Positions 11,285-21,252 are shown, numbered from the stretch's first letter. The stretch is 64,000 bases of DNA from a bacterium (GCA_031401035.1 JANNRA010000150.1:6104-70103); one strand, 5' to 3'. Numbers and translations are program-made. Notes: generated by a model not told the origin, from the sequence alone.

Positions 11285-12733
11285 TCAACTCAACGAGCGG
11301 AACGCTTCGGTGGCGAGGGTGAGCACCCACTGCGGGAAGAGGCCGAGCAGGATGGTCATGACGCTGGTGAAGAGCAGTGTCGCGGTCAGATACGGGCGAT
11401 CCGTCGTGCCCTGCACCTCGCCGCTGTCCTCGCCCATGTACATCTGCATCAGCACGGCCAGGTAGTAGTAGATCGACACGACGCTGTTCAGCGCCGCGAT
11501 CACGACCAGCCATACGTAGCCCTGCTCGATCGCCGCGCTGAACAGGAAGAACTTGCCGGTGAAGCCGGCGAAGAGCGGAATGCCGCCAAGCGAGAGCATG
11601 AAGACGGTCATGCAAAAGCCGAGAAACGGATAGCGGAAGCCGAGGCCGGCGTAGTCGGTGAGCTCCTCGTTCGGCGCGCCGCGGCGGCCGACGGCGATGA
11701 CGACCGAGAAGGCGCCGAGCGTCATCATGGCGTAGGCGAGGGTGCCGTAGAGCACCGCGGCGCCGCCCTGGGTGCTGGCGGCGACCAGGCCGACGAGCAG
11801 ATAGCCGGCATGGGCGATGCTCGAGTAGGCGAGCATGCGCTTGATGTTGTGCTGCTGGATCGCGGCGGCATTGCCGAGCGTCATGCTGAGGACGGCGAGC
11901 AGCCAGACGATGCCGCTCCAATCGGCCGCCAGGCCCCCCAGCGCGTACATGAAGACGCGCGCGAAGGCGGCGAAGGCGGCGGCCTTGACGCCGACCGCCA
12001 TCAGCGCCGTCACCGAGGTCGGCGCGCCCTCGTAAACGTCCGGGGCCCAGGAGTGGAACGGCACCGCGGCGACCTTGAAGCCGAATCCGATCAGCAACAG
12101 CCCGGCGGCGGCGAGCGCCATCGGCCGCTGCTCGGCCGAGATGCGCGTCAGTTGCGAGGCGATCGGATCGAGCAGGGTGGTGCCGAAGGTGCCGAAGGCC
12201 AGGGCGATGCCGAAGAGCAGGAAGCCGGAGGCGAAGGCGCCGAGCAGGAAGTACTTCAGCGCCGCTTCCGACGAGCGCAGCTCCGGGCGCCAGATGCCCG
12301 CCAGCACGTAGACCGCCACCGACATCAGCTCGAGGCCGAGGAAGAGCACGATGAGGTCGTTGGCCTGCGCCATGACCATCATGCCGAGCACCGCCAGCAG
12401 CAGCATGACGTAGTACTCGCCGCTCTCCAGGCCGATCGTCGTCAGGTAATCCATCGACATCAGCAGGGTCAGGATGCCGGTGAGGCAGATGACGACGTTG
12501 AAGAAGATGGCGAAGCGGTCGAGGACGTAGCTGCCGCCGAATCCCCCGGCGTCGGCCGTCCACAGCAGCGCCGAGGCGAGGCCGGCAACGCCGAGGCCGA
12601 CGATGCCGAGCCAGCCGAGACCTTCGCGATCCGGTCCCTCCATGAAGAGGTCCGCCACCAGCACCACCAGCGCCGTCACGGTGAGGATCAGACCGGGCAG
12701 CAGGGCGAGCCAGGAGATGTCGGTCAGGATCAT
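11285..12733 (-). CDS. nuoN: NADH-quinone oxidoreductase subunit N
   Basis: EAALKYFLLG, FKVAAVPFHSWAPDVYEGAP, KRMLAYSSIAHAG. Confidence 0.96.
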   Translation of the reverse strand: MILTDISWLALLPGLILTVTALVVLVADLFMEGPDREGLGWLGIVGLGVAGLASALLWTADAGGFGGSYVLDRFAIFFNVVICLTGILTLLMSMDYLTTIGLESGEYYVMLLLAVLGMMVMAQANDLIVLFLGLELMSVAVYVLAGIWRPELRSSEAALKYFLLGAFASGFLLFGIALAFGTFGTTLLDPIASQLTRISAEQRPMALAAAGLLLIGFGFKVAAVPFHSWAPDVYEGAPTSVTALMAVGVKAAAFAAFARVFMYALGGLAADWSGIVWLLAVLSMTLGNAAAIQQHNIKRMLAYSSIAHAGYLLVGLVAASTQGGAAVLYGTLAYAMMTLGAFSVVIAVGRRGAPNEELTDYAGLGFRYPFLGFCMTVFMLSLGGIPLFAGFTGKFFLFSAAIEQGYVWLVVIAALNSVVSIYYYLAVLMQMYMGEDSGEVQGTTDRPYLTATLLFTSVMTILLGLFPQWVLTLATEAFRSLS

Positions 12734-12755
12734 CGAGGAGGTCGTGGGCGCGGGC

Positions 12756-13067
12756 TTACCAGCGCAGCAGGCGCAGGTCGTCGGCGTTGACGGTCTGGCG
12801 ATGTCGGAAGACGGCGATGATGATCGCCAGCCCGACGGCCGCCTCCGCGGCGGCGACGGTCATGACGAAGAAGACGATCACCTGCCCGTCGACGGAGACA
12901 AGTTGGCGGGCGAACGCCACGAAGGCCAGATTCGCCGCGTTGAGCATCAGCTCGATGCACATGAACATGACGATGGCGTTGCGGCGCGTCAGCACGCCGA
13001 GGGCGCCGATGCTGAACAACGCGGCACTGAGGGCGAGGTAATACCCGATCGGCGCGGCGGCGGTCAT
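12756..13067 (-). CDS. nuoK: NADH-quinone oxidoreductase subunit K
   Basis: [28 protein letters not shown]. Confidence 0.96.
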   Translation of the reverse strand: MTAAAPIGYYLALSAALFSIGALGVLTRRNAIVMFMCIELMLNAANLAFVAFARQLVSVDGQVIVFFVMTVAAAEAAVGLAIIIAVFRHRQTVNADDLRLLRW

Positions 13068-13573
13068 GCGATCTTCTTCTTGGCCAGCACCACCGCGCCG
13101 ATCACCGCCGCGAGCATGAGCAGGCCGGTGATCTCGAACGGCAGCAGGTAGGTGGTGAAGAGACTGATGCCGACCGACTCGATCGACCCGAAGCCGGCGG
13201 GCGCTGCGGCGGCCATGCCGGGGCCGGGCAGGAGCGCCCCGCCCCGCGCGATGAAGGACGCCAGGGCGAGCAGGAACAGCGACGCCGTGAAGACCGTCGC
13301 CACCCGCCAACCGAGGCGGCGGCGCTGCGGTTCGTCGTCGCCGATGTTGAGCAGCATGATGACGAACAGGAACACCACCATGATCGCGCCGGCGTAGACG
13401 ATGATCTGCAGCGCGGCGACGAAGCTGGCATCGAGGAAGACGAAGAACACCGCCAGCTGGAACAGCGTCGCCACCAGGCACATGGCGCTGCGCACCGGGT
13501 GCCGGCTGAGAACGACGCCGAGCGCCGTGACGATCAACAGGGCGGCGAGCGGGACGAAGAGCCAGATGGGCAT
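13064..13573 (-). CDS. nuoJ: NADH-quinone oxidoreductase subunit J
   Basis: [27 protein letters not shown]. Confidence 0.95.
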   Translation of the reverse strand: MPIWLFVPLAALLIVTALGVVLSRHPVRSAMCLVATLFQLAVFFVFLDASFVAALQIIVYAGAIMVVFLFVIMLLNIGDDEPQRRRLGWRVATVFTASLFLLALASFIARGGALLPGPGMAAAAPAGFGSIESVGISLFTTYLLPFEITGLLMLAAVIGAVVLAKKKIA

Positions 13574-13578
13574 GGCGT

Positions 13579-14679
13579 TCAGTGGGACCCGAAGAGCAGG
13601 ATGATCAGCGCCGTGACCATGACGTTGAGAAAGCCGAGCGGCAGCAGCCCGATCCAGCCGAGGCGCATGAGCTGGTCATAGCGGAAGCGCGGCAGCGTCC
13701 AGCGCAGCATGATCTGGAACCAGCACAGCGCCAGCGACTTGACGGCGTAGGCCAGCATCCCGAGCAGCGTCACCACCAGCGAGGGCAGAGCGATGATGGT
13801 CTCGCCGAAGTGGAACCCGTCGCGCTCGAGGAAGGGCACCTGCCAGCCGCCGAAGAACAGCACCGTGCCGAGCGAGGCGACGATGACCACCTCGATGAAG
13901 TCGGTCATGAAGAACATCAGGTGCTTCATGCCCGAGTATTCGGTGAAGTAGCCGCAGATCAGCTCCGACTCGCTCTCCGGCAGGTCGAACGGCACGCGCT
14001 TGCTCTCGGCGATGCCGGCGCAGAGGAAGATGAGGAAGGCGAGCGGCTGGTAGAAGATGCCCCAGTTGGGCAGGAACCCGAAGATCGTGCCGCCCTGGGC
14101 GCGGACCATGGCCTGCAGGTCGAGGGTGCCGTAGGTCATGATCATCGCCACCAGGGCCAGGCCCATGGCGAGTTCGTACGAGATCATCTGCGCCGAGCCG
14201 CGGATGCCGCCGAGCAGCGACCAGCGGTTGTTCGACGCCCAGCCGCCGAGCACGACGCCGTAGACACCGAGCGACACCATCGCCAGGACGTAGAGAATGC
14301 CGATGTCGAGCGGCGCGACCTGCAGGTTGATCTCGCGTCCGCCGACGAACAGCACGTCGCCGAACGGAATCACCGCGAAGGTCACCAGGGCCGGGAACAC
14401 CGCCAGACACGGCGCCAGCGTGTGCAGCAGTCGGTCGGCGCCGCGCGGGATGATGTCCTCTTTGGTGAGGAACTTCAGCGGGTCGGCCATCAAGGTGTTG
14501 ACCAGGCCGGCGCCGGCGAAGCCGAAGATGGCGGCGCGGTTGGCGCCGATGCGGTCGTGGATGAGGGCGCTGCCCTTGCGCTCGACCCAGCCGAGCAGGC
14601 CGGCGAGTTGCAGGGCGTTCAGGGTCACGGCGAGCGCGAGGATTGCCGAAATGCCGAGATCGATGAGCAGCGATTCCAT
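13579..14679 (-). CDS. nuoH: NADH-quinone oxidoreductase subunit H
   Basis: ERK...[47 protein letters not shown]. Confidence 0.96.
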   Translation of the reverse strand: MESLLIDLGISAILALAVTLNALQLAGLLGWVERKGSALIHDRIGANRAAIFGFAGAGLVNTLMADPLKFLTKEDIIPRGADRLLHTLAPCLAVFPALVTFAVIPFGDVLFVGGREINLQVAPLDIGILYVLAMVSLGVYGVVLGGWASNNRWSLLGGIRGSAQMISYELAMGLALVAMIMTYGTLDLQAMVRAQGGTIFGFLPNWGIFYQPLAFLIFLCAGIAESKRVPFDLPESESELICGYFTEYSGMKHLMFFMTDFIEVVIVASLGTVLFFGGWQVPFLERDGFHFGETIIALPSLVVTLLGMLAYAVKSLALCWFQIMLRWTLPRFRYDQLMRLGWIGLLPLGFLNVMVTALIILLFGSH

Positions 14680-14721
14680 GTGCGAACGACTCTGCCTGCT
14701 AGCAACCGACGCGAGCGCGGT

Positions 14722-15201
14722 CTAACCCCGCGCCAGGCGGTCGACGATTTCGAGCGTGCGCTCGGGGGTGAGATCCTCCCAGTAGTCGTCGTTGACCTGC
14801 ATCATGGGCGCGGTGCCGCACGAGCCGAGGCACTCGGCCTCGCTGAGAGAGAAGATGCCGTCGGCCGTCGTCTCGCCGACGCCGATACCGAGGCGGCTGC
14901 GCAGGCAGGTGACGATGTCCTCGGCGCCGCGCAGCGCACACGACAGGTTGGTACAGACCTGCACATGGTGCCGGCCCATCGGCCGCTTGTAGTACATGGT
15001 GTAAAACGAGGCGACCGAGGCGACGAAGGCGGGCGGCAGCTCGAGCAGGTCGGCGACGTAGAGCATCACCTCGGGACTCAGCCAGCCGAACTCCTCCTGC
15101 GCCAGCCACAGCGTCGGCATGATCGCCGCCCGCGTGATCGGGTAGCGGGTCAGGTAGGTCTCGAACTTCGCCTGCGCGGCGGGGGAGAAGGCGACGGTCA
15201 T
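14722..15201 (-). CDS. nuoE: NADH-quinone oxidoreductase subunit E
   Basis: SFYTMY; 2Fe-2S ligands CTNLSC...CLGSC. Confidence 0.93.
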   Translation of the reverse strand: MTVAFSPAAQAKFETYLTRYPITRAAIMPTLWLAQEEFGWLSPEVMLYVADLLELPPAFVASVASFYTMYYKRPMGRHHVQVCTNLSCALRGAEDIVTCLRSRLGIGVGETTADGIFSLSEAECLGSCGTAPMMQVNDDYWEDLTPERTLEIVDRLARG

Positions 15202-15202
15202 C

Positions 15203-16417
15203 TCAGCGATCGCACTCGCCACCGATCATGTTGACCATGCCGAAGGTGGTGATGATGTCGGCGACCATGTGGCCCTTGAGCATGTCGCCCAGGGCGCCCA
15301 TGGCGAAAAAACACGGTGGGCGCACGCGACACCGATACGGGCGGCCGCTGCCGTCGCTGACGATGTAGAAGCCGACCTCGCCGTTGCCGCCCTCGACCGC
15401 CTGATACACCTCGCCGGCGGGCACCTTCGCCCCCTCCATGATCAGCTTGAAGTGGTGCATCAGGCCTTCGATCGAGTTGTAGACCTTGTGCTTCTCGGGC
15501 AGCACGTAGCGCGGGTCGTCGAGGCGGATCGGGCCGTCGGGAATCTCGCGCAGGCCCTGCTCGACGATGCGCATGCTCTGCTCGATCTCGCTGACGCGCA
15601 CCAGGAAGCGGTCGTAGTTGTCGCCGGCGGCGCCGACCGGCACCTCGAAGTCGAAGCGCTCGTAGCCCGAATACGGATGCGCCCGGCGCACGTCGTAGGG
15701 TACGCCGGCGGCGCGCAGCAACGGGCCGGTGATGCCGAAGCTGATCGCGTCGTCCGCCGAGATAGCGCCGACGCCGACCATGCGATCGTAGAAGATGCGG
15801 TTGCGCGTCAGCAGCTTGTCGCAGTCGCTCAACACGCCGCGCAGGTTGACGAACGCCGCCGCGACGCGGGCGTTGATGTCGCGCGGCAGGTCGCGGGTGA
15901 CGCCGCCGATGCGCGTGTACGAGATCGTCAGCCGCGCCCCGGTCACCGCTTCAATGATGTCCCAGAGGAACTCGCGCGACTCGTTGGTCAGGAACCCCAC
16001 CGTCTGCGCGCCGGCCTCCGCCGCGCCCATGCCCAGACACGTGAGGTGGTCGCAGATACGCGAGATCTCGCTCATGATGACGCGGATGTACTGGCAGCGC
16101 TCCGGCACTTCGACGCCGCACAGCCGTTCGACGCCGAGGATGAAGCCGACGTTGTTGATGATCGGCGAGACGTAGTTGAGGCGATCGGTGTAGGGGATCG
16201 CCTGCGTCCAGGTCCCCTGCTCGATCATCTTCTCGAAGCCGCGGTGCAGGTAGCCGACCTCGGTATCGCAGGCCAGGATCACCTCGCCGTCGAGCCGCAG
16301 GTTGAGCTTGATCGTCCCGTGCGTCGCCGGATGGGCCGGGCCCATCTGGATGTCCATGACCTCCTCGGACGGGTCGACCTCGATCGAGAAGCGCTGGTCT
16401 GTCACCTGCAGGGCCAT
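15203..16417 (-). CDS. nuoD: NADH-quinone oxidoreductase subunit D
   Basis: MGPAHPATHG, GYLHRGFEK, DRLNY, C-terminal GECDR. Confidence 0.96.
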   Translation of the reverse strand: MALQVTDQRFSIEVDPSEEVMDIQMGPAHPATHGTIKLNLRLDGEVILACDTEVGYLHRGFEKMIEQGTWTQAIPYTDRLNYVSPIINNVGFILGVERLCGVEVPERCQYIRVIMSEISRICDHLTCLGMGAAEAGAQTVGFLTNESREFLWDIIEAVTGARLTISYTRIGGVTRDLPRDINARVAAAFVNLRGVLSDCDKLLTRNRIFYDRMVGVGAISADDAISFGITGPLLRAAGVPYDVRRAHPYSGYERFDFEVPVGAAGDNYDRFLVRVSEIEQSMRIVEQGLREIPDGPIRLDDPRYVLPEKHKVYNSIEGLMHHFKLIMEGAKVPAGEVYQAVEGGNGEVGFYIVSDGSGRPYRCRVRPPCFFAMGALGDMLKGHMVADIITTFGMVNMIGGECDR

Positions 16418-16929
16418 CAGAACCTCCACCCCGTCTCGATCGGGTCGCGCTCGGGCACCAGCGGCTGGCGCTTGTCGACCGGGTAGTCCTTGCGCAGCGG
16501 ATGGCCGATGAACTCCTCGTACATCAGGATGCGGCGCGGGTCCGGATGGCCGACGAAGCGGATGCCGAGCATGTCCCAGCATTCCCGCTCGAGCCAGTTG
16601 GCGCTCTTCCACAGCGGCGTCAGCGAGTGCGCCCAGGCATCCTCCTCGCCCACCCGCACCTTCACGCGCAGCCGGTGGCCGTGCGTCAGGGAGTTGAGAT
16701 GGTAGACGACCTCGAAGCGCGGCAGCTTGCCGAAGTAGTCGACGGCGGTGAGGTCGGCCAGGGCGTTGAAGGCCAGCTCCGGTTGGTCGCGCAACAGCGC
16801 GCAGACCGCCGGCGCGTCGTCGCGACGCAGGACGATCGACGCCTCGTCGAAGGCGATCAGGCTGTCGCTCACCGACTCTCCGGCCGCCGCGCGCACCGCT
16901 TCGACCAGCGCTTCCGGACTCAGTCCCAC
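16417..16929 (-). CDS. nuoC: NADH-quinone oxidoreductase subunit C
   Basis: DLTAVDY, ANWLERECWDMLGIRFVGHP, GHPLRKDYP; GTG start overlapping the nuoA end. Confidence 0.93.
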   Translation of the reverse strand: MGLSPEALVEAVRAAAGESVSDSLIAFDEASIVLRRDDAPAVCALLRDQPELAFNALADLTAVDYFGKLPRFEVVYHLNSLTHGHRLRVKVRVGEEDAWAHSLTPLWKSANWLERECWDMLGIRFVGHPDPRRILMYEEFIGHPLRKDYPVDKRQPLVPERDPIETGWRF

Positions 16930-17276
16930 TTCAACGCGCCCTTCTTCCACTCATAGAGGAGGCCGATCACGGCGAGGAACAGGAACACGCTCATCGCCGC
17001 GAAGCCCTGCCAGCCGAGTTCACGGAAGACCACCGCGTAGGGGTACATGAACACCACCTCGACGTCGAAGACGATGAAGAGGATGGCGGTCAGGTAGAAC
17101 TTGACCGAAAAGCGCCCCCAGGCGGGCCCACTCGGCTCGTTGCCGCACTCGAAGATCTCGAGTTTGGTGTCGGTGCGGTTGCGCGGACTGAGGAAGCGGT
17201 TGGCGTTGACCATGACCGTGACCACGATCAGCGCCAGCGCGAAGGTGATCAGGACCGGAATGTATTGAGCCAGCAT
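16920..17276 (-). CDS. nuoA: NADH-quinone oxidoreductase subunit A
   Basis: FECG, KFYLTAILFIVFDVEVVF, YEWKKGALKW. Confidence 0.95.
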   Translation of the reverse strand: MLAQYIPVLITFALALIVVTVMVNANRFLSPRNRTDTKLEIFECGNEPSGPAWGRFSVKFYLTAILFIVFDVEVVFMYPYAVVFRELGWQGFAAMSVFLFLAVIGLLYEWKKGALKWD

Positions 17277-17330
17277 CGCGGTTCGTCGGGGTCTGGAGCG
17301 GTCTCGGCGGGCGGGTCCGCCCAACGCGAC

Positions 17331-17359
17331 GGCTTATGCAAAGGGATATGGACTGTCAA
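17331..17359 (-). promoter_or_regulatory. Putative sigma-70 promoter of the nuo operon
   Basis: Minus strand TTGACA-17 bp-TAAGCC in the AT-richer divergent intergenic region. Confidence 0.5.
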
Positions 17360-17396
17360 CTAGACTACTTTTGACCCCTCGCCCAGCGGCCTGCTA

Positions 17397-18491
17397 GTGG
17401 CGGCGGGCATGAACGGCGTCGAGCCGGCCGTCGCGGCGCGCGTCGGCGAGTTGGTCCGCCCGCGCTTCGGCGCCGCGACGGCCGTCGAGCGTCTCGTGCC
17501 GCTGGCCGGCGACGCGTCGACCCGCCGCTACGCACGCGCCTGGCTGCGCGGCGCCGGCGCGCCGGCGACGACGGTGGCGATGCTGCTCGCCGACCGCGGC
17601 ATCGCCATGTCGTCCGACGAGCTGGCGGTCTTCGCCGCGCCCCTGCGCGAACTGCCGTACGTCAACGTGCACCGCTTTCTCGACGACCTCGGTGTCGCCA
17701 TCCCGGCGCTCTACGTCGATGCCGCCGACGAGGGCCTGCTGCTGCTCGAGGACATCGGCGACACGCCGCTCTGGGACGCGGTGCAGAACCGACCCGGCGA
17801 GGAGCAGGCGGCGCTGTTCGAAGGCGCCATCGACCAGCTGCTGACCATTCAGCTCGCCGGGACGGCGCGGCGCGACGCCGACTGCATCGCCTTCCAGCAG
17901 GCCTTCGACCGCGCCCTGTACGACTGGGAGTTCGAGCATTTCCTCGAGTACGGCCTGGTCGATCGGGTCGCGACGCTGCCGGCGAGCGAACTCGCCGAAC
18001 TGCGCCAGCACTTCGGCCGCATCTCGGCGCGGCTCGACGCGCAGCCGCGCGTGCTGACGCACCGCGACTTCCACGCCTGGAACGTCTACGTCCAGGACGG
18101 CCGCATCCGCGTCATCGACTTCCAGGACGCCCTGCTCGCCGCCGCGCCGTACGACCTGGCGACGCTGCTCGGCGACCGCGACACCCGCCAGGTCGTCAAG
18201 CCGGCCCTCGAGGAACGCCTGCTCGACCACTATCGACGCGGCTGGGCGGCGCGCGGCGGCGCCGCCTGGACGGCGACCGGCCTGTGGGACGTGTACGCCG
18301 ACTGCGCTCTGCAGAAGGCTTTCAAGGTCGTCGGCCGCTTCCACTACCTCGATCGCGTCAAGGGCAAGCCCGGCTACCTACGCTACCTGCCGGGCACCTG
18401 GGCGCAGATCGCCCGCCTGCTGGCGGCGCGCCCCGACCTCGAACCGGTACGGCGCATCCTCGCCCAGTACGCGCCGGAGCTGCGCGCGTGA
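17397..18491 (+). CDS. amgK: Aminoglycoside-phosphotransferase-family sugar kinase, AmgK-like (start may be ATG 17409)
   Basis: LAGDASTRRYAR, LLLEDIGD, HRDFHAWN, IDFQDA, YDLATLL; directly upstream of a MurU-like gene. Confidence 0.75.
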   Translation: MAAGMNGVEPAVAARVGELVRPRFGAATAVERLVPLAGDASTRRYARAWLRGAGAPATTVAMLLADRGIAMSSDELAVFAAPLRELPYVNVHRFLDDLGVAIPALYVDAADEGLLLLEDIGDTPLWDAVQNRPGEEQAALFEGAIDQLLTIQLAGTARRDADCIAFQQAFDRALYDWEFEHFLEYGLVDRVATLPASELAELRQHFGRISARLDAQPRVLTHRDFHAWNVYVQDGRIRVIDFQDALLAAAPYDLATLLGDRDTRQVVKPALEERLLDHYRRGWAARGGAAWTATGLWDVYADCALQKAFKVVGRFHYLDRVKGKPGYLRYLPGTWAQIARLLAARPDLEPVRRILAQYAPELRA

Positions 18492-18498
18492 GCGCCGC

Positions 18499-19233
18499 AT
18501 GAGGGCAATGATCCTCGCCGCCGGCTTCGGCAGCCGGCTGCGCCCGCTCACCGACCGCATCCCCAAGCCGCTGGTCACCGTCGGCGGCCATCCCCTCATC
18601 GCCTATCCGCTGGCGCTGCTGCGCGCCGCCGGCATCCGCGAGGTGATCGTCAACCTGCACCACCGCGGCGACGCCATCCGCGCCACCCTCGGCGACGGCG
18701 CGGCGTACGGTATGACGGTCACGTACTCCGACGAGCCCGCCATCCTCGACACCGGCGGTGGCATCCGCCAGGCGCAGGGCTTTCTCGGCGGCGACCGATT
18801 CCTGGTGCTCAACTCCGACTGCATCATGGACCTCGATCTGCGCGCCCTCATCGCCTGGCATGCGCACCGTCGCGCCCTCGCCACCATGGTGCTGCGCCCT
18901 GACCGCGAGGTGGCGCGCTACGGCGCCGTCGAGATCGACGCCGACCAGCGCATCCGCCGCTTTCTCGGCCAGCCGGCCGGCCTCGACGCGGCGCTGACGC
19001 CGCTGATGTTCACCGGCGTACACGTCTTCGAGCCGGCGGTGTTCGACCATATGGCACAGGGACGGTTCGGCATCACCCGGCAGACCTACCCGGCCATGCT
19101 GGCGGCCGGATGCGCGCTGTTCGGCTATGTCTTCGACGGCTACTGGCGCGTCCTCGACACCCACGCCGGCCTCGCCGAGGGGCGCCACGACCTCGCCACG
19201 CGCGTCTGCATCAGACCGCAACATCAACCTTGA
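18499..19233 (+). CDS. murU: Nucleotidyltransferase, MurU-like
   Basis: MRAMILAAGFGSRLRPLT..PKPL, ILDTGGG; paired with the AmgK-like kinase. Confidence 0.75.
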   Translation: MRAMILAAGFGSRLRPLTDRIPKPLVTVGGHPLIAYPLALLRAAGIREVIVNLHHRGDAIRATLGDGAAYGMTVTYSDEPAILDTGGGIRQAQGFLGGDRFLVLNSDCIMDLDLRALIAWHAHRRALATMVLRPDREVARYGAVEIDADQRIRRFLGQPAGLDAALTPLMFTGVHVFEPAVFDHMAQGRFGITRQTYPAMLAAGCALFGYVFDGYWRVLDTHAGLAEGRHDLATRVCIRPQHQP

Positions 19234-19260
19234 CTTACTGCGTCATGGATCAGTAGCCTT

Positions 19261-19274
19261 CGAACAGTCGTTTG
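19261..19274. promoter_or_regulatory. Palindromic operator CGAAC-agtc-GTTTG at the patatin promoter
   Basis: Immediately after TTGACT-18 bp-TAGCCT (19230-19259); same motif at 30560 and 35322. Confidence 0.55.
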
Positions 19275-19285
19275 AATGAGGGTCG

Positions 19286-20635
19286 ATGGGAATCACCCTG
19301 GTCCAAAAAAGCGATCCGCGGGTTCGCAAGAAAAATCCCAAGATCGCCCTGGTGCTCGCCGGTGGCGCGATCACCGGCGGCGCCTTCAAGTTGGGCGGCC
19401 TCAAGGCCCTCGACGACTTCCTGGTCAACCGCAAGACCACCGAGTTCGATACCTACATCGGGCTCTCCGCCGGGGCGGTGCTGGCGGCACCGCTCGCCGC
19501 CGCCGTCAGCCCCGGCGAGATGATCAAAAGCCTGGAGGGCAAGTCGAGCGAGATCGACCTGTTCCGGGCCCGCGACTTTTACAGCGTCAACACCGCCGAG
19601 CTGCTGCAGCGGCCGCTGCAGTACGCCTTCGCGCTGGCGGCTTTCGTGCCCGGCTCGCTGGTCGACGTGCTGCGCAACACCCCGAAGCTGTCGAGCGATC
19701 TGGCCACCGCCCTGCGCGAATTCGTCCGCCAGCCGTCGCCGAGCGCCCTGCCGCGGCTGCTGACACCGCTCGCCGAGGCGATCTTCACCCGCCGCGACTT
19801 CCCCTCGCTGCTCGACCATCTGCCGAGCGGCTTCTTCGACAACGCCAGCATCGAACGCTTCGTCCGGCGCAACCTGCAGCAGGTCGGGCTGAGCAACGAC
19901 TTCCGCACGTTGTACCGGCGCACCAAGCGCGAGCTGTACATCAGCGCCATGAACCTCGACACCTCCGAGCGCGTCGTCTTCGGCCATGACGAGGACGCCT
20001 CGGTGACCATCTCCGAGGCCGTACAGGCATCGACCGCACTACCCGGGTTTTACAAGCCGGCGCGCATCAAGGGGGTCGACTACGTCGACGGCAGCGTGCG
20101 CCGCACCGCCAACCTCGATGTCGCCGTCGAGCACGGCGCCGACCTGATCATCTGCTACAACCCGTTCCGGCCGTTCTCGAACCGTGTCCGCCGGCGCTTC
20201 AACGCCGCCACCGGCCGCTACGACTACGACGGCACGCCGCTCGCCGAGAGCGGCGTCCTCAGCGTCCTCAACCAGGTCTTCCGCACCCTGCTGCACTCGC
20301 GCCTGCAGTACGGCCTGCGCGAGTACCGCGACGACCCGAACTTCCGCGGCGACATCATCGTCGTCGAGCCGCGCGAGACCGACGCCCACTTCTTCGAGCT
20401 CAACGCCCTCTCCTATTGGGAACGCCTGCGCGCCGCGCAGCTGGGCTACCGCTCGGTCAGCGAGTCGATCGAACGCCAGTACGACGTGGTGAAGTCGATC
20501 CTCGGACGCTACGGCCTCACCATCACCCGCCGCGAGGTGCGCGAGAGCGTCGACCGCATGCGCGGCGAGGACGTCCGCGACGCCGCCGAGACCCTGGCGC
20601 GCGAGATCCCCACGCGGCGCCTGCGCGCCGCCTGA
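19286..20635 (+). CDS. Patatin-like phospholipase
   Basis: VLAGGAITG, GLSAG nucleophile elbow, YVDGS. Confidence 0.9.
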   Translation: MGITLVQKSDPRVRKKNPKIALVLAGGAITGGAFKLGGLKALDDFLVNRKTTEFDTYIGLSAGAVLAAPLAAAVSPGEMIKSLEGKSSEIDLFRARDFYSVNTAELLQRPLQYAFALAAFVPGSLVDVLRNTPKLSSDLATALREFVRQPSPSALPRLLTPLAEAIFTRRDFPSLLDHLPSGFFDNASIERFVRRNLQQVGLSNDFRTLYRRTKRELYISAMNLDTSERVVFGHDEDASVTISEAVQASTALPGFYKPARIKGVDYVDGSVRRTANLDVAVEHGADLIICYNPFRPFSNRVRRRFNAATGRYDYDGTPLAESGVLSVLNQVFRTLLHSRLQYGLREYRDDPNFRGDIIVVEPRETDAHFFELNALSYWERLRAAQLGYRSVSESIERQYDVVKSILGRYGLTITRREVRESVDRMRGEDVRDAAETLAREIPTRRLRAA

Positions 20636-20664
20636 TCCGGGTTCCCGCGCGGGCCCAGAACGCG

Positions 20665-20692
20665 AAAAAGCCCTCCGGGGTTTCCGGAGGGC
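20665..20692 (-). terminator. Rho-independent terminator for the minus-strand peptide gene (possibly bidirectional)
   Basis: Stem GCCCTCCGG/CCGGAGGGC with 5-nt loop followed by TTTTT on the minus strand. Confidence 0.8.
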
Positions 20693-20785
20693 CTTTCCGT
20701 TGGGCCCGAAGGCCCGTGCCTGTGCGAGAGGGAAAAAAGCTGGGCCGAATGAATGGCCTGGTTCGGTCGGTGTTACCGGACGGTG

Positions 20786-20887
20786 TTACTTCTTCTTCTT
20801 GGCGGTCGCCTTCTTCTTCGCAGGAGCCTTCTTCTTGGCCTTCGACGCCGCCTTCTTTGCAGGAGCCTTCTTCTTTGCTGCAGGCAT
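20786..20887 (-). CDS. 33-aa Lys/Ala-rich histone-H1-tail-like peptide (absent from ORF track)
   Basis: MPAAKKKAPAKKAASKAKKKAPAKKKATAKKKK*; GAGGAGG SD 5 nt before ATG; own promoter and terminator. Confidence 0.82.
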   Translation of the reverse strand: MPAAKKKAPAKKAASKAKKKAPAKKKATAKKKK

Positions 20888-20989
20888 GTGAACCTCCTCA
20901 ACTGAGTTTAGGTTGGATTGCTGAGACTGTCTTGGCCCCTCTCATCACAGGCACTGTCCTCATCAGCCATCCACCACCCATCCAACGTG

Positions 20990-21019
20990 AGTATAGGAAA
21001 AGTCTGGCGCAGCCGTCAA
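20990..21019 (-). promoter_or_regulatory. Near-consensus sigma-70 promoter for the Lys/Ala peptide gene
   Basis: Minus strand TTGACG-18 bp-TATACT with an AT-rich tract upstream (about 21030-21061). Confidence 0.7.
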
Positions 21020-21252
21020 CAGTGGAAATGCCATTTTGGAAAGTTTTTTCTAAAGCCAAATCGGTAGAGCTGGCGAGGATAATCCCGGTCTTAGAATGGT
21101 GTTGGGTCTGGACAGACCGGCCAGCGTAGCAGAGTGTTTTAGACACACACCACGACCCCATGTGGTACAAAACCCTTTGTGCCACAAGGGCTGGATGCGG
21201 GAGCTGCACTTTTGCCGCAGCGCGTCAAAGCCGTCGAGGTGGAGACGGCGCG

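Noticed and set aside
17397-19233. APH-family gene as an antibiotic-resistance determinant
   Set aside because: The motifs and pairing with a nucleotidyltransferase fit the AmgK-MurU cell-wall recycling pathway better
20700-20891. Plus-strand Phe/Ala-rich ORF (FFFLAVAFFFAG...)
   Set aside because: Antisense mirror of the Lys/Ala peptide; the SD, promoter and terminator are all on the minus strand
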